DNA of 64,000 nucleotides from Bdellovibrionota bacterium (GCA_041751875.1 JBGSIC010000026.1:5128-69127), one strand, 5' to 3'. Positions 43,972 through 53,821 are shown, numbered from the stretch's first letter. Notes: generated by a model not told the origin, from the letters alone. A program made the numbers and translations.

Positions 43972-44025
43972 CCTACCCGAAATAGAACCTGGTGGACCTG
44001 AAACCGTTGAAGAAGGAGAGATCTG

Positions 44026-44718
44026 ATGATCCGAATGTTTATTTCTAGTTTAGTTGTGATGGCTGGTATGTGGGCCACGGCGCCTGCCGTTGCCGGCACC
44101 ATTACGGGCAAAATTGCCTTTACCCAAAAAGCCCCTCCGGGTGGCCCTATTCGCATGAGCGCCGATCCCGTATGCGTGAAGGCGCATGTAAAGCCACCTC
44201 AGAAAGACGCCGTCATTGTGAACCCAAACGGCACGCTTAAAAATGTTTTTGTTTACATTAAAGAAGGCGCCCCGAAAGGTGGAAAGGCGGCCTCACCTGT
44301 GAAGTTTGATCAGAACGGTTGCATCTATGTGCCTCATGTCTTTGGCGTGATGACCAGCCAACCGATCGAAATTATCAACAGCGATCCTACTTTGCACAAC
44401 GTGCATTCCATGGCGAAGAAGAACGAAAACTTCAATATGGGCATGGCGACAAAAGGCCAGAAAATCACAAAGTCTTTCAGCAAGCCTGAACAGATGATCA
44501 AAGTGAAATGCGACGTGCACGGTTGGATGCAAGCCTTTGTGGGCGTAATGGATCACCCGTACTTTGACGTCAGCAACGACAGTGGGACATTCACGCTTAA
44601 AGATGTGCCTCCCGGCGACTACGTTGTGGAAGTTTGGCACGAAAAGTACAACACCAAAAGCCAGCCTGTGAAGGTTGCTGCCGCTGGTGAAACCAAAACT
44701 GTCGACTTCAGCTTCTAA
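44026..44718 (+). CDS. secreted cupredoxin-like (type-1 copper site) protein embedded in a carboxypeptidase-regulatory-like fold
   Basis: A signal peptide is present. LHNVH together with KCDVHGWM gives His...Cys-x2-His-x2-Met, the same spacing as in amicyanin. The flanking GTITGKIAF and GTFTLKDVPPGDYVVEVWHE strands look like a CarboxypepD_reg fold. Confidence 0.6.
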   Translation: MIRMFISSLVVMAGMWATAPAVAGTITGKIAFTQKAPPGGPIRMSADPVCVKAHVKPPQKDAVIVNPNGTLKNVFVYIKEGAPKGGKAASPVKFDQNGCIYVPHVFGVMTSQPIEIINSDPTLHNVHSMAKKNENFNMGMATKGQKITKSFSKPEQMIKVKCDVHGWMQAFVGVMDHPYFDVSNDSGTFTLKDVPPGDYVVEVWHEKYNTKSQPVKVAAAGETKTVDFSF

Positions 44719-44747
44719 GCCGAATCGACCTAGGTATTGCTACATTA

Positions 44748-45095
44748 ATGAAGTCACTGGTTTCCACTCTGAGTTCTTTCTGGCCCTCTGGGCCCGTCTC
44801 TCATTGGGAGACCGGTGACTCTGTAGCATTGGTGGCGCTTCTTTTATTCGGAATACTCCAAGCCGTTATTCTGGTTGCTTTCTTTATTCGTGTGCTTATC
44901 AGACGACGAACTTCTGGATTTGAGAATAGGGAAACGGAACTAGTTTGGTCTGTTGTTCCGGCCTTGCTCCTTGCGCTTATCTATTCTGTGGGCGCGACGG
45001 ATAAAGCCCTTCCTAAACAGGAAGCTAGGCAAAAGCACCAACTCGAGAGTGAGAAGCCTCAGCCGCTCGCTTCTCAGGTGATTCTTGCCGAATAA
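44748..45095 (+). CDS. two-TM membrane protein resembling the N-terminal transmembrane hairpin of cytochrome oxidase subunit II
   Basis: 115 aa. ETELVWSVVPALLLALIYSV resembles the lE..WT.iPa.iL motif of COX2_TM. There is no CuA or cupredoxin domain. Confidence 0.45.
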   Translation: MKSLVSTLSSFWPSGPVSHWETGDSVALVALLLFGILQAVILVAFFIRVLIRRRTSGFENRETELVWSVVPALLLALIYSVGATDKALPKQEARQKHQLESEKPQPLASQVILAE

Positions 45096-46026
45096 TTTGG
45101 CGGACGGCGGAAATGCCCCGCCCGCTCATTCTCCCTCTTTTTTATTTCCCTACGCGGCGTTTACGGTCTTTTCGACCATTTTGCTTTTAGCCGCGGGAGC
45201 CCTCGTCACCAGCACGGGTTCGAGCCTCTCGGTTCCTGATTGGCCGCTTTCTTTTGGTCAGCTGATGCCTCCCATGATCGGGGGAGTTTTATACGAGCAC
45301 GGGCACAGAATGATCGCGGGGGTGGTCGGCATTCTAACTCTCCTACTCGCGGGCTTGTTGTGGCGCTATGAAACGCGCGCTTGGGTAAAGTGGTTGGGCA
45401 CCGCTGCGCTAATCGGTGTTGTCGCACAAGCGCTACTTGGGGGGCTGACAGTTCTCTTACGCTTACCGGCTTTTGTATCCGTTGCACACGCTTGTCTTGC
45501 GCAGCTCTTTTTCTGTTCGCTTATTGTTTTGGCGTGGACCCAGTCAGAAAGTTGGGCCACGTCCCGTCCGACAAGAATCGCCCCTAATGGGGTTTTATTT
45601 TTTGGGTTTGGACTGGCAAGTCTTTTTTTCGCGCAGCTTTTTGTGGGCGCTTGGATGCGGCACTTAGGCGCAGGCGCGTCGATTCCTGATTTTCCTCTTT
45701 CACTAGGGCAGTGGATTCCGCCGATGGAAAATCTTCTGGTACGCGTACACTTTCTGCACCGAGTGGGAGCCTACTTGCTTGTGATGGGTGTCGCGCTACT
45801 TACACTTATTTTGTACCGTTCTCGAAGGGCATCCGGCGAATGGGTTTTCCTTTCAGGGCTGCTTTTTACTTTTGTTTTAGTGCAAGGCGTGCTCGGAGCG
45901 GTCACGATTTGGACTGGACGTCCGGTTGCTTTAACGACGCTACACCTCGTGACAGGTGCGCTGTGTTTGGCGACCGTGGTGATGCTGTGTGTGAGTTTTT
46001 GCAGAGGAAGCCAAAGAACTTTGTAG
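45085..46026 (+). CDS. ctaA: heme A synthase (COX15/CtaA family)
   Basis: The protein has eight TM segments, with SLSVPDWPLSFGQ...YEHGHRM in the first half and a matching His-containing second half. TTG start overlaps the previous ORF by 11 nt. Confidence 0.8.
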   Translation: MPNNLADGGNAPPAHSPSFLFPYAAFTVFSTILLLAAGALVTSTGSSLSVPDWPLSFGQLMPPMIGGVLYEHGHRMIAGVVGILTLLLAGLLWRYETRAWVKWLGTAALIGVVAQALLGGLTVLLRLPAFVSVAHACLAQLFFCSLIVLAWTQSESWATSRPTRIAPNGVLFFGFGLASLFFAQLFVGAWMRHLGAGASIPDFPLSLGQWIPPMENLLVRVHFLHRVGAYLLVMGVALLTLILYRSRRASGEWVFLSGLLFTFVLVQGVLGAVTIWTGRPVALTTLHLVTGALCLATVVMLCVSFCRGSQRTL

Positions 46027-46036
46027 ACGGAGTAAA

Positions 46037-46915
46037 ATGAATCAAGAGCGAGCAAAAATATTCTGGGAGCTGAGTAAACCGCGTCTTACGGGTATGGCTC
46101 TTGTCATGACGGCATTGGGTTTCGTATTGGGACTAGAGAAACTCGGTGAGCCTTTTTCTGATGCTTGGTTGCGCGGATTGGGAACTTTAGTGGGTACGGC
46201 GCTTTTAGGCATGGCTTCAGCCGCTTTGAACCAGGTGATCGAAAAAGATCTGGACGCAAAAATGCCCCGTACTTTGGGACGGCCCCTACCATCGGGACGA
46301 ATTGAAGTGCTTCCCGTTCAAAGGTTTGGTTTTGCTTGCGGACTCGCTGGTACTTTTGTTCTACTTATTTTCGTGAATGCGATCACCGCGGTTCTCGGAG
46401 CGCTGACTGTGTTTTTCTATTTGGGTATCTACACGCCGGCGAAGCGCGTAAGCTCTCTGTCCACCATCGTGGGAGCGATTCCGGGGGCGATTCCCCCGGT
46501 GCTAGGTTGGACGGCCGGGTATGGTCGGTTGTCGTTAGAGGGCCTTTTCCTTTTTGGCATTTTGTTTCTTTGGCAAATCCCTCATTTTTTGTCGATTGCT
46601 TGGATTTATCGCAAGGACTACGCCCTAGGAGAGTTTCCCGTTCTCTCGGTTTGTGACGAAGATGGAGCGCAAACGGCGCGACAGTCTTTTCTCTACGGTT
46701 TAGCTCTGGTTGCCTTAAGTGCTATGCCGACTTTGTGGGGAATGATGGGCGAGTGGTATCTGTGGGGTGCCGTCGCAGTCGGTGGAGCTTTTCTGGCCTC
46801 CATAGCCGTCTTAATGTTTCATCGAACAGTAGCACAAGCACGGCGCGTATTTTTTCTCTCGTTGTTTTATCTTCCCGCGATCGCTGTATTGATGGTGCTT
46901 GATAATAATCTGTAG
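46037..46915 (+). CDS. ctaB: protoheme IX farnesyltransferase (heme O synthase)
   Basis: The UbiA-family motif NQVIEKDLDAKMPRTLGRPLPSG is present. 292 aa, multi-TM. Confidence 0.9.
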   Translation: MNQERAKIFWELSKPRLTGMALVMTALGFVLGLEKLGEPFSDAWLRGLGTLVGTALLGMASAALNQVIEKDLDAKMPRTLGRPLPSGRIEVLPVQRFGFACGLAGTFVLLIFVNAITAVLGALTVFFYLGIYTPAKRVSSLSTIVGAIPGAIPPVLGWTAGYGRLSLEGLFLFGILFLWQIPHFLSIAWIYRKDYALGEFPVLSVCDEDGAQTARQSFLYGLALVALSAMPTLWGMMGEWYLWGAVAVGGAFLASIAVLMFHRTVAQARRVFFLSLFYLPAIAVLMVLDNNL

Positions 46916-46922
46916 GGGCGGC

Positions 46923-47846
46923 ATGAGCGCAGTTCAGGTACGAAATTTAGCTTACTCCTATAAAGATCACGTGGCTTTGAAAGGCATCAGCTTCGAAGTG
47001 GGGAAGGGCGAGATATTTGGTCTCGTCGGCCCTAACGGCGGAGGCAAAAGCACCGTCTTTAAAATTCTCTCCACTCTGCAGGCGGTTCAGCAAGGCGAAG
47101 CCAGTTTGTTTGGAATCTCGCTCAAAGATCCGCAGCGAGTTCGCCGATCTTTGGGCGTGGTGTTTCAGAAACCCGCCTTGGATCTCAAACTGACTGTTTG
47201 GGAAAACTTGCTCCATCAGGGGCATCTTTATGGGATGCGAGGTCCCGTTTTACGTGAATCGGCCTTAGCCTTACTGCGGCAGGTGGGCTTGCTGGACCGA
47301 AAAAACGAGGTGGTTCAGAAGCTTTCAGGTGGTTTACAGCGCCGTTTGGACGTGGCGAAAGCCCTGCTACACAGTCCCTCCCTCCTTATATTAGACGAGC
47401 CGACCACGGGCCTGGACCCGGTGGTGCGGCGCGATCTTTGGCAATATTTTCGGCAGCTTAGGTTAGAAAAAGGCATGACTCTACTCCTTACCACGCACCT
47501 TCTCGAAGAAGCAGACCAGTGCGACCGAATCGCCCTTCTCCATCAAGGCAATCTCGTCGCTATGGGAACACCAGCGGATCTCAAAGCCTCCATCGGCGGT
47601 GAAGTTATCTCGATTGAAACCTCTGATCCAGAAGCGCTGCGTGCACGCATTCGGGAACGATTTTCTCTGGAAGCTCAACTTTTACCCCGTGGACTTCGTA
47701 TCGAAACTCACGATAGTCACCGCTTGGTCCCTGCGCTCGTTCAGGAAATCTCCGATGGAATGGACTCTTTCCGTTTGAGCAAGCCCACCCTGGAAGACTT
47801 GCTCATTCAAAAAACAGGGGACCGTTTGAATGAGGTAAGGCCATGA
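46923..47846 (+). CDS. ABC transporter ATP-binding protein (ABC-2/DrrA-NosF-like)
   Basis: Walker A GPNGGGKST, signature LSGGLQRRL and Walker B LILDEPTTGLD are present, with a ~90-aa C-terminal accessory domain. I set the start at ATG 46923. Confidence 0.85.
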   Translation: MSAVQVRNLAYSYKDHVALKGISFEVGKGEIFGLVGPNGGGKSTVFKILSTLQAVQQGEASLFGISLKDPQRVRRSLGVVFQKPALDLKLTVWENLLHQGHLYGMRGPVLRESALALLRQVGLLDRKNEVVQKLSGGLQRRLDVAKALLHSPSLLILDEPTTGLDPVVRRDLWQYFRQLRLEKGMTLLLTTHLLEEADQCDRIALLHQGNLVAMGTPADLKASIGGEVISIETSDPEALRARIRERFSLEAQLLPRGLRIETHDSHRLVPALVQEISDGMDSFRLSKPTLEDLLIQKTGDRLNEVRP

Positions 47847-48637
47847 ACGAACGAAGCCTCACACTTATTCCAGGTTTAAGCTTAACGGCTCGGGAATGCG
47901 TGCGATTCTTTCGTCAAAAAAGCCGAGTCATTGGGGCGATAGGAACGCCTTTACTCTTTTGGTTCTTGCTGGGTTCCGGTATCGGGCATTCTTTTCAATC
48001 GGCGCAACTTCCGACACAGATGAACTACTTAGAGTATCTTTTTCCAGGAACGGTTGCGCTGATTCTTTTGATGACCTCTGTGTTTTCCACCATTTCCGTG
48101 ATCCAGGATCGCAAGGAAGGTTTTCTTCAAGCGGTCTTGGTGGCTCCTGTTTCGAATATCGGTTTAGTCGGGGGAAAAGTTTTAGGAGGGGCGATCATTG
48201 CTGTATTCCAGAGCTTGCTTCTTGTTTTGATTTGCCCTTGGGTGGGCTTCGCCTTAACCGCGCAATCCATAGCGATGTGTCTACTGCTTGCGGTGGTCTT
48301 CTCGGTGGGGCTCACTGCGTTTGCCTTTATCTTCGCGTGGAAAATTGATTCTGTGCAAGGCTTTCACGGCATCATGAACCTGATTCTGTTTCCCATGTGG
48401 CTCTTATCAGGGGCGATTTTCCCTTTGCAGGTGGCACCTTCCTGGATTCGTGGTTTGATGCTCATTAACCCGCTTACCTATGGGGTAGAAGGCCTTAGGC
48501 ATGCCCTCTACTCAAACCAGGCGCCCGCCGCTTTGTCCTCCCCATCTTACGGAGTCTGTGTTTTGTTTCTAAGTGCCTTTTCTCTTATTTTTGTCGTGTT
48601 AGGGACTTTAGTTATGCGTAAAAGAGGAGACGTATGA
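47843..48637 (+). CDS. ABC-2 type transporter permease
   Basis: 264 aa with six TM segments. ATGA overlaps occur with both neighbours. Confidence 0.8.
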   Translation: MNERSLTLIPGLSLTARECVRFFRQKSRVIGAIGTPLLFWFLLGSGIGHSFQSAQLPTQMNYLEYLFPGTVALILLMTSVFSTISVIQDRKEGFLQAVLVAPVSNIGLVGGKVLGGAIIAVFQSLLLVLICPWVGFALTAQSIAMCLLLAVVFSVGLTAFAFIFAWKIDSVQGFHGIMNLILFPMWLLSGAIFPLQVAPSWIRGLMLINPLTYGVEGLRHALYSNQAPAALSSPSYGVCVLFLSAFSLIFVVLGTLVMRKRGDV

Positions 48638-49248
48638 AATTTAAAATTCAAGGAATGGTTTTAGCGCTTTGTGCAATGCCTATCATCGCGGTTTTGCTGT
48701 TTGCATTTTCTTCAGGGGCTATCAGCGGGAAGACGAGTGAGTTTGGCACAGTTCCTTCTTTCCGCTTAACGGATCAGGATGAGCAGTCCGTGGACCGAGC
48801 TGATCTCATCGGTAAGGTGTGGGTGGCTAATTTTATTTTTACTTCCTGCGCTGGTATTTGTCCGATGTTGAATCAGAAAATGGAGAAGTTGGTGGAGGAG
48901 TTTGGTGCGGATCCGCACTTCAAGGCGGTTTCGTTTACGGTTGATCCCGAGAAGGATACACCACGCGTGCTTAAAACCTACTCCGAAAAGTTTAACACTA
49001 AAGGAGACCGCTGGTCTTTTCTGACGGGTTCGCGCCCGGAACTGAAAGATTTATTGCAAAATGGATTCAAAGTAGTGATGGGTGGAATGGAAGGTGCCTC
49101 TACGGGAATGATTACACACAGTGAAACTTTTGTGTTGGTGGATCGTCAGGGGCGAATTCGAAAGTATCTCGACATGAGCGGCGAAGATCCTGACCAAATG
49201 GTCGAGGCAAGACGGAGCATCTACAAATACCTTGGAAAGCGCTTCTAA
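48634..49248 (+). CDS. SCO1/SenC family copper chaperone / thiol-disulfide oxidoreductase
   Basis: The protein has an N-terminal TM anchor, FTSCAGICP (CxxxC) and a downstream ITHSE His. 204 aa. Confidence 0.85.
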   Translation: MKFKIQGMVLALCAMPIIAVLLFAFSSGAISGKTSEFGTVPSFRLTDQDEQSVDRADLIGKVWVANFIFTSCAGICPMLNQKMEKLVEEFGADPHFKAVSFTVDPEKDTPRVLKTYSEKFNTKGDRWSFLTGSRPELKDLLQNGFKVVMGGMEGASTGMITHSETFVLVDRQGRIRKYLDMSGEDPDQMVEARRSIYKYLGKRF

Positions 49249-50416
49249 AAATGAAGGAACGGTAGGGGCAAGTACGCCGGCCCAGGCATATGATGCGATA
49301 TTTTTGGGCGGTGGCTTATCTTCTTGTATAGCGGCGTATCTCTTTCGGCTTCGCTATCCAGACGCGCGCGTAGCAATCATTGAGAGAGAGTCTCGCCTAG
49401 CGGGCAATCATACTTGGTGTTTCCATTCCTCTGACATAGAGGCTAATGATTTTTTTTGGCTTCACCCACTCCTTTCCCGCTCGTGGAGTGGTTACCGTGT
49501 CCACTTTCCGTCGTATGAGAGAACGTTTAACTCCGGCTACCATGCTATCGAATCCTCCCATTTGAATGAGGTGATGCAAAGGCACCTCGGTGAGGGAGTA
49601 TTTTTGGGCGTAAGTGCGACAGCGGTTGATGCCGAGAAAGTTAAGCTATCCGATGGAAGGGTATTGTCGAGTTCGATTGTCGTCGACGGTAGGGGCTGGT
49701 CTGATAGCGACCGACCGTTGGGGTATCAGAAATTTTTGGGGCAAAAACTCATCCTTCGTCATCCACACCGGGTTTACGAACCTATCCTGATGGACGCGAC
49801 ATGCCAGCAGGTGGATGGTTACCGCTTTTTTTACGTGCTTCCCTGGGGACCCAGCGAACTATTGGTCGAAGATACTCACTACAGCGATACCGCTGATATT
49901 GATGCCCCCCTCTACCGGGACCAGATTCAGCGTTATTGCAGTAGAAGTGGATGGTCCGTCGAGAGTGTGACTTATGAAGAGCAAGGAAGTTTACCGCTCC
50001 CCTTAAGCGCTGGGCCGCTTCCGGGCCACGGGATAATTCGCAGTGGCTTGCGGGGAGAGCTCTTTCACGCCACGACCGGTTACTCTTTTCCTTCAGCGGT
50101 TGCTTTTGCGAAGTGGCTGGTCAGTGCGAGAAAATCTGGTTCAGTCGATTCATTCGCTGACTGGGCTAAACAGTTCCAAGGGAGGCAGGCTTTTTTTAGA
50201 ACTCTCAATCGCCTCTTATTCAGGGTGGCACTTCCTCAGCATCGACGCCGCTTATTGGAACACTTTTATCGCCTGCCGGAAGGACTCGTCCAAAGCTTTT
50301 ACCGCGGCGAGATGAAGCCGCAAGAGAAAGTACGCTTTTTTCTGGGAAGACCACCGGTGTCTATTCGTGGTGCGCTCACCACTTTATTGACAGGAGAGCG
50401 TGTTGCTCGAGTTTGA
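49232..50416 (+). CDS. crtY: lycopene beta-cyclase (CrtY type)
   Basis: GNHTWCFH, MDATCQQVDGYRFFYVLP, VEDTHY, FHATTGYSFP, FFRTLNRLLF, FYRLPEGLVQSFYRG and GRPPV all align with motifs I recall from Pantoea CrtY. TTG start overlaps the SCO1 gene by 17 nt. Confidence 0.8.
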   Translation: MESASKNEGTVGASTPAQAYDAIFLGGGLSSCIAAYLFRLRYPDARVAIIERESRLAGNHTWCFHSSDIEANDFFWLHPLLSRSWSGYRVHFPSYERTFNSGYHAIESSHLNEVMQRHLGEGVFLGVSATAVDAEKVKLSDGRVLSSSIVVDGRGWSDSDRPLGYQKFLGQKLILRHPHRVYEPILMDATCQQVDGYRFFYVLPWGPSELLVEDTHYSDTADIDAPLYRDQIQRYCSRSGWSVESVTYEEQGSLPLPLSAGPLPGHGIIRSGLRGELFHATTGYSFPSAVAFAKWLVSARKSGSVDSFADWAKQFQGRQAFFRTLNRLLFRVALPQHRRRLLEHFYRLPEGLVQSFYRGEMKPQEKVRFFLGRPPVSIRGALTTLLTGERVARV

Positions 50417-51377
50417 GTCTCATCTTGATTTGCATTACGGGCAATCCGTAAACGAGTTTCTTCCCGCTGCATTACTCACCCCGGCAGCAGATATGCTCGA
50501 CAGACCGAGCAAGAAGATTCGAGCGGAACTAGTTGAGATTGGCTGTGGATTTGGGACAAACCTGAATCCTTCAAGCGAGCTCATTGAAACCTGTCGTTTG
50601 TTACTCGAATCACTGCACGCGGGCTCGTTGGCCATTGATGATATTGAGGATGACAGCCAGTTGCGTCGGGGAGAGCCGACGCTACACCGGCGTTACGGAA
50701 TGCCGATTGCGCTGAATGTAGGGAGTTGGCTTTACTTTTATCCTCTTGAGCAAGTGCGCGCGCTTGAAATGAAACCCGAGAGAGAACTTCTCATTTACCA
50801 ACACTACCATCTGGCTCTTTTGCGCGCTCACTACGGCCAAGCTTTGGATCTAGGTATTCGTGTGGATAAGCTTGATCAGAAGCAGGTGAAGGGTGTGTGC
50901 CTTGCCTCTATGGAACTCAAAACGGGGGCTCTTACCGAATTGGCGCTTTCGCTGGGAGCTATTTTAGCGGAGGCTGATCAGAAAGATCGGGAAGCCGTGT
51001 CGTGGATCGGACGCGGGCTAGGTGTCGCGCTTCAAATGTTTGATGACCTGGGAAATGCCTTGGGGACAAAAGATCCCACAAAAAAATGGGAAGACTTTCG
51101 CTTGTTGCGTCCTTCCTGGTTTTGGGCAACAGTGGCCGACGAGGCGGATACCTATATCTATCGAAACTTTTGTGATGCGGTAGCGCACCTCCCCGAGACC
51201 AAACCTCTAAGTCTTTGGTTTGAAACCTACCCGCACCTTATCGAGGGCTGTCGACAAAAGTCGGAAGCCTTTTTATCCGCGCTTTTTACGCGTGCGCGAC
51301 ACGAAGTGGATGGGAGAACCAAGCAGCTCGACCGATTGGAAGAGTTGGGAAATCAGATTAAAAAAGCCTATGCCTAG
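50400..51377 (+). CDS. crtE: polyprenyl (geranylgeranyl) diphosphate synthase
   Basis: Asp-rich motifs LAIDDIEDD and MFDDLGN are present. GTG start overlaps crtY by 17 nt. Confidence 0.75.
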   Translation: MLLEFESHLDLHYGQSVNEFLPAALLTPAADMLDRPSKKIRAELVEIGCGFGTNLNPSSELIETCRLLLESLHAGSLAIDDIEDDSQLRRGEPTLHRRYGMPIALNVGSWLYFYPLEQVRALEMKPERELLIYQHYHLALLRAHYGQALDLGIRVDKLDQKQVKGVCLASMELKTGALTELALSLGAILAEADQKDREAVSWIGRGLGVALQMFDDLGNALGTKDPTKKWEDFRLLRPSWFWATVADEADTYIYRNFCDAVAHLPETKPLSLWFETYPHLIEGCRQKSEAFLSALFTRARHEVDGRTKQLDRLEELGNQIKKAYA

Positions 51378-52896
51378 AGTGAAAGCAAAAGTGATTGGAT
51401 CGGGATTTGGAGGCCTGGCTGCCGCGATTCGGCTACAGGCTCAAGGGTTCGAAACCACCCTAATCGAAAAACGGGACAAGCCCGGTGGTCGTGCTTATGT
51501 CTATGAGTTTGATGGTCATATCTTTGACGCCGGTCCCACGGTTATTACAGCCCCTCACGTATTGGATGAACTATTCGCCCTAGGGGGACGAAAGACAAGT
51601 GACTTCGTTGATCTCATTCCAGTTTCCCCGTTCTACCGCTTGTGCTGGGAAGATGGTTATCGCTTTGATTATGGAAGCGATGAGAAAGAACTTCTCCAAC
51701 AAATTGAAGCCAAGTCACCGCCCGATCTCGAAGGGTACAAGGAGTTTTATCGCTATTCTCAAGAAGTTTTTGAGGCTGGGTATACGGAATTAGTTCACGT
51801 GCCGTTTCTTGAGTGGAAGATGATGCTCAAGGTGGCGCCCAAACTCGTTCGCTTAAAAGCCTATCGCTCGGTATACGCGACAGTGAGCCGCTTCATCCAA
51901 AACGAGCAACTTCGCCAGGCTTTGAGTTTTCATACTCTTCTCATCGGCGGAAATCCTTACGCTGCATCTTCTATTTATGTGCTTATCCACGCGTTGGAGC
52001 GCAAGTGGGGTGTTTTTTGTGTCAGAGGGGGAACGAACGTGCTCGTGAAGCAACTCGTTCGCTATTTCGAGGAACTCGGCGGTAAGGTGCGGTTGAATGC
52101 CCCGGTTTCGAAAATTATTGTCGAAAACGATGCTGTCCAAGGTGTGCGTCTGGAAGACGGAGAGGTGTTGGGTGCGGACATTGTGGTCAGCAATGCCGAT
52201 GTGAATCATACTTATACGCAGCTTCTGGCCGGGGAAAAGCGCGTGCGCAAGCAACAAAGGCGTTTGGGTAGAATGTCCTACAGTCAGGCTCTCTTTGTTC
52301 TTTATTTTGCCACTGACAAAACGTACCCGAACCTTGCTCACCACAGCATACTTTTTGGTGGTGACTATAAAAATACACTCCACACTATCTTTAAGACGGG
52401 GAAAATTCCTCGACCGAATTCCTTTTATCTTCATGCCCCTTGCCGCAGTGACAGTTCGATGGCGCCTCCTGGTCGCGACACCTTTTATGTATTGGCCAAT
52501 GTTCCCAATTTGGAAAAGGCGGAAGTCGATTGGAAAGACTATGCTGAAACCTATGCCGACGAAGTTCTCGCCTACCTTGAAAAGTGGTACATGCCGGAAC
52601 TTACCAAGCATGTTATTTACCGTCGCACTTTGACCCCTCTAGATTTTAAGACCGAGCTTAATGCGCACCTGGGTACCGCGTTTTCTCTTGAACCCACATT
52701 GCTTCAGAGCGCCTATTTTAGGGTTCATAACCGTGATCCCCAAGTTCGCGGGTTATACTTTGTCGGAGCGGGAACCCATCCGGGAGCGGGCATTCCTGGT
52801 GTGATCAACTCAGCGAAGGCCACCGCTCAGGTAATCCATCAGGACTGGAAAGTTGCTGATGTCGTTAGCGGTCGGGAGTGGGTGTATGGAGCGTGA
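51370..52896 (+). CDS. crtI: phytoene desaturase
   Basis: The N-terminus has VIGSGFGGLAAAIRLQ...PGGRAY and the C-terminus has GAGTHPGAGIPGV. I set the start at ATG 51370 (MPRVKAKV...), 8 nt inside crtE, not the ORF-track 51220. Confidence 0.85.
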   Translation: MPRVKAKVIGSGFGGLAAAIRLQAQGFETTLIEKRDKPGGRAYVYEFDGHIFDAGPTVITAPHVLDELFALGGRKTSDFVDLIPVSPFYRLCWEDGYRFDYGSDEKELLQQIEAKSPPDLEGYKEFYRYSQEVFEAGYTELVHVPFLEWKMMLKVAPKLVRLKAYRSVYATVSRFIQNEQLRQALSFHTLLIGGNPYAASSIYVLIHALERKWGVFCVRGGTNVLVKQLVRYFEELGGKVRLNAPVSKIIVENDAVQGVRLEDGEVLGADIVVSNADVNHTYTQLLAGEKRVRKQQRRLGRMSYSQALFVLYFATDKTYPNLAHHSILFGGDYKNTLHTIFKTGKIPRPNSFYLHAPCRSDSSMAPPGRDTFYVLANVPNLEKAEVDWKDYAETYADEVLAYLEKWYMPELTKHVIYRRTLTPLDFKTELNAHLGTAFSLEPTLLQSAYFRVHNRDPQVRGLYFVGAGTHPGAGIPGVINSAKATAQVIHQDWKVADVVSGREWVYGA

Positions 52897-53821
52897 GGCG
52901 TACACTGAGCTTGTAACGCGTTGCCGTTCGATCATCCAGGTTGGCTCAAAAAGCTTCGCCATGGCCTCAAGAATTTTGGGCCCAGAACAAAGGGATGCTG
53001 CCTTCTTTCTCTATGCTTGGTGTCGCTACTGTGACGATCAAATAGATGAGGCCGATGGAATCAGTGAAACTGAACTCGAGTTCCGCTTAACCAGCCTGAG
53101 ACAGAAGACAGATAACTGTTTTACAGATGAAAAAGAAGAGAATCCCGTTTTTGCAGCCTTTCAATACGTGGTGAATAAGTACAAGATTCCTCGCGCGTAT
53201 GCGCACGGGTTGCTGGATGGATTCGAAATGGATGTGCGCGGCAGGCGGTATGAGTCCTTAGATGATCTCCTCCTCTACTGTCACCGTGTTGCGGGAACAG
53301 TGGGATTGATGATGGCGCACGTCATGGGAGTCAGCCGACCTGAGGCCCTGGCTCAGGCAAATGATCTAGGCATCGGGATGCAGCTGACAAACATAGCGCG
53401 CGACGTTTTTGATGACGCCAGGGGAGGGCGTGTGTATCTGCCTTTGCGATGGCTCAAAGAGGGTGGCATTGATCCTGACAAACTGACGGAACCCCAGTAC
53501 CGAGCGGAGTTGGTCAGATGCGTGGACCGCTTGCTTTGTGCTGCGGATACCTTTTACGCGTCGGGCGACGAAGGAACACGGGACCTTTCCTTGCGGTCGG
53601 CCTTCACTATTCTAGCTGCCCGACACATTTACGCCTCCATTGGCGAGCTGGTTAGACACCGAAAAGAGAGTGCCTGGGATCAGAGAGCGGTGGTCAGTAT
53701 TTTCAGCAAGCGAATGGCGCTCCTAAAGAGCGCTTGGATTTTACTGCGACAAATTCCTAGTCGTCTGTTTCGTCCCTGGAAAGCTGTTCCTTTGATTGGG
53801 ACGTGGAGATTTCAACCGTGA
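52886..53821 (+). CDS. crtB: phytoene synthase
   Basis: SKSFAMASRIL, YAWCRYCDDQIDE and NIARDVFDD motifs are present. ATG 52886 overlaps the crtI stop. Confidence 0.85.
   Translation: MEREAYTELVTRCRSIIQVGSKSFAMASRILGPEQRDAAFFLYAWCRYCDDQIDEADGISETELEFRLTSLRQKTDNCFTDEKEENPVFAAFQYVVNKYKIPRAYAHGLLDGFEMDVRGRRYESLDDLLLYCHRVAGTVGLMMAHVMGVSRPEALAQANDLGIGMQLTNIARDVFDDARGGRVYLPLRWLKEGGIDPDKLTEPQYRAELVRCVDRLLCAADTFYASGDEGTRDLSLRSAFTILAARHIYASIGELVRHRKESAWDQRAVVSIFSKRMALLKSAWILLRQIPSRLFRPWKAVPLIGTWRFQP

Noticed and set aside
51853-52611. 252-aa ORF on the minus strand
   Set aside because: It is antisense to crtI, whose motifs are unambiguous. This is a shadow ORF.
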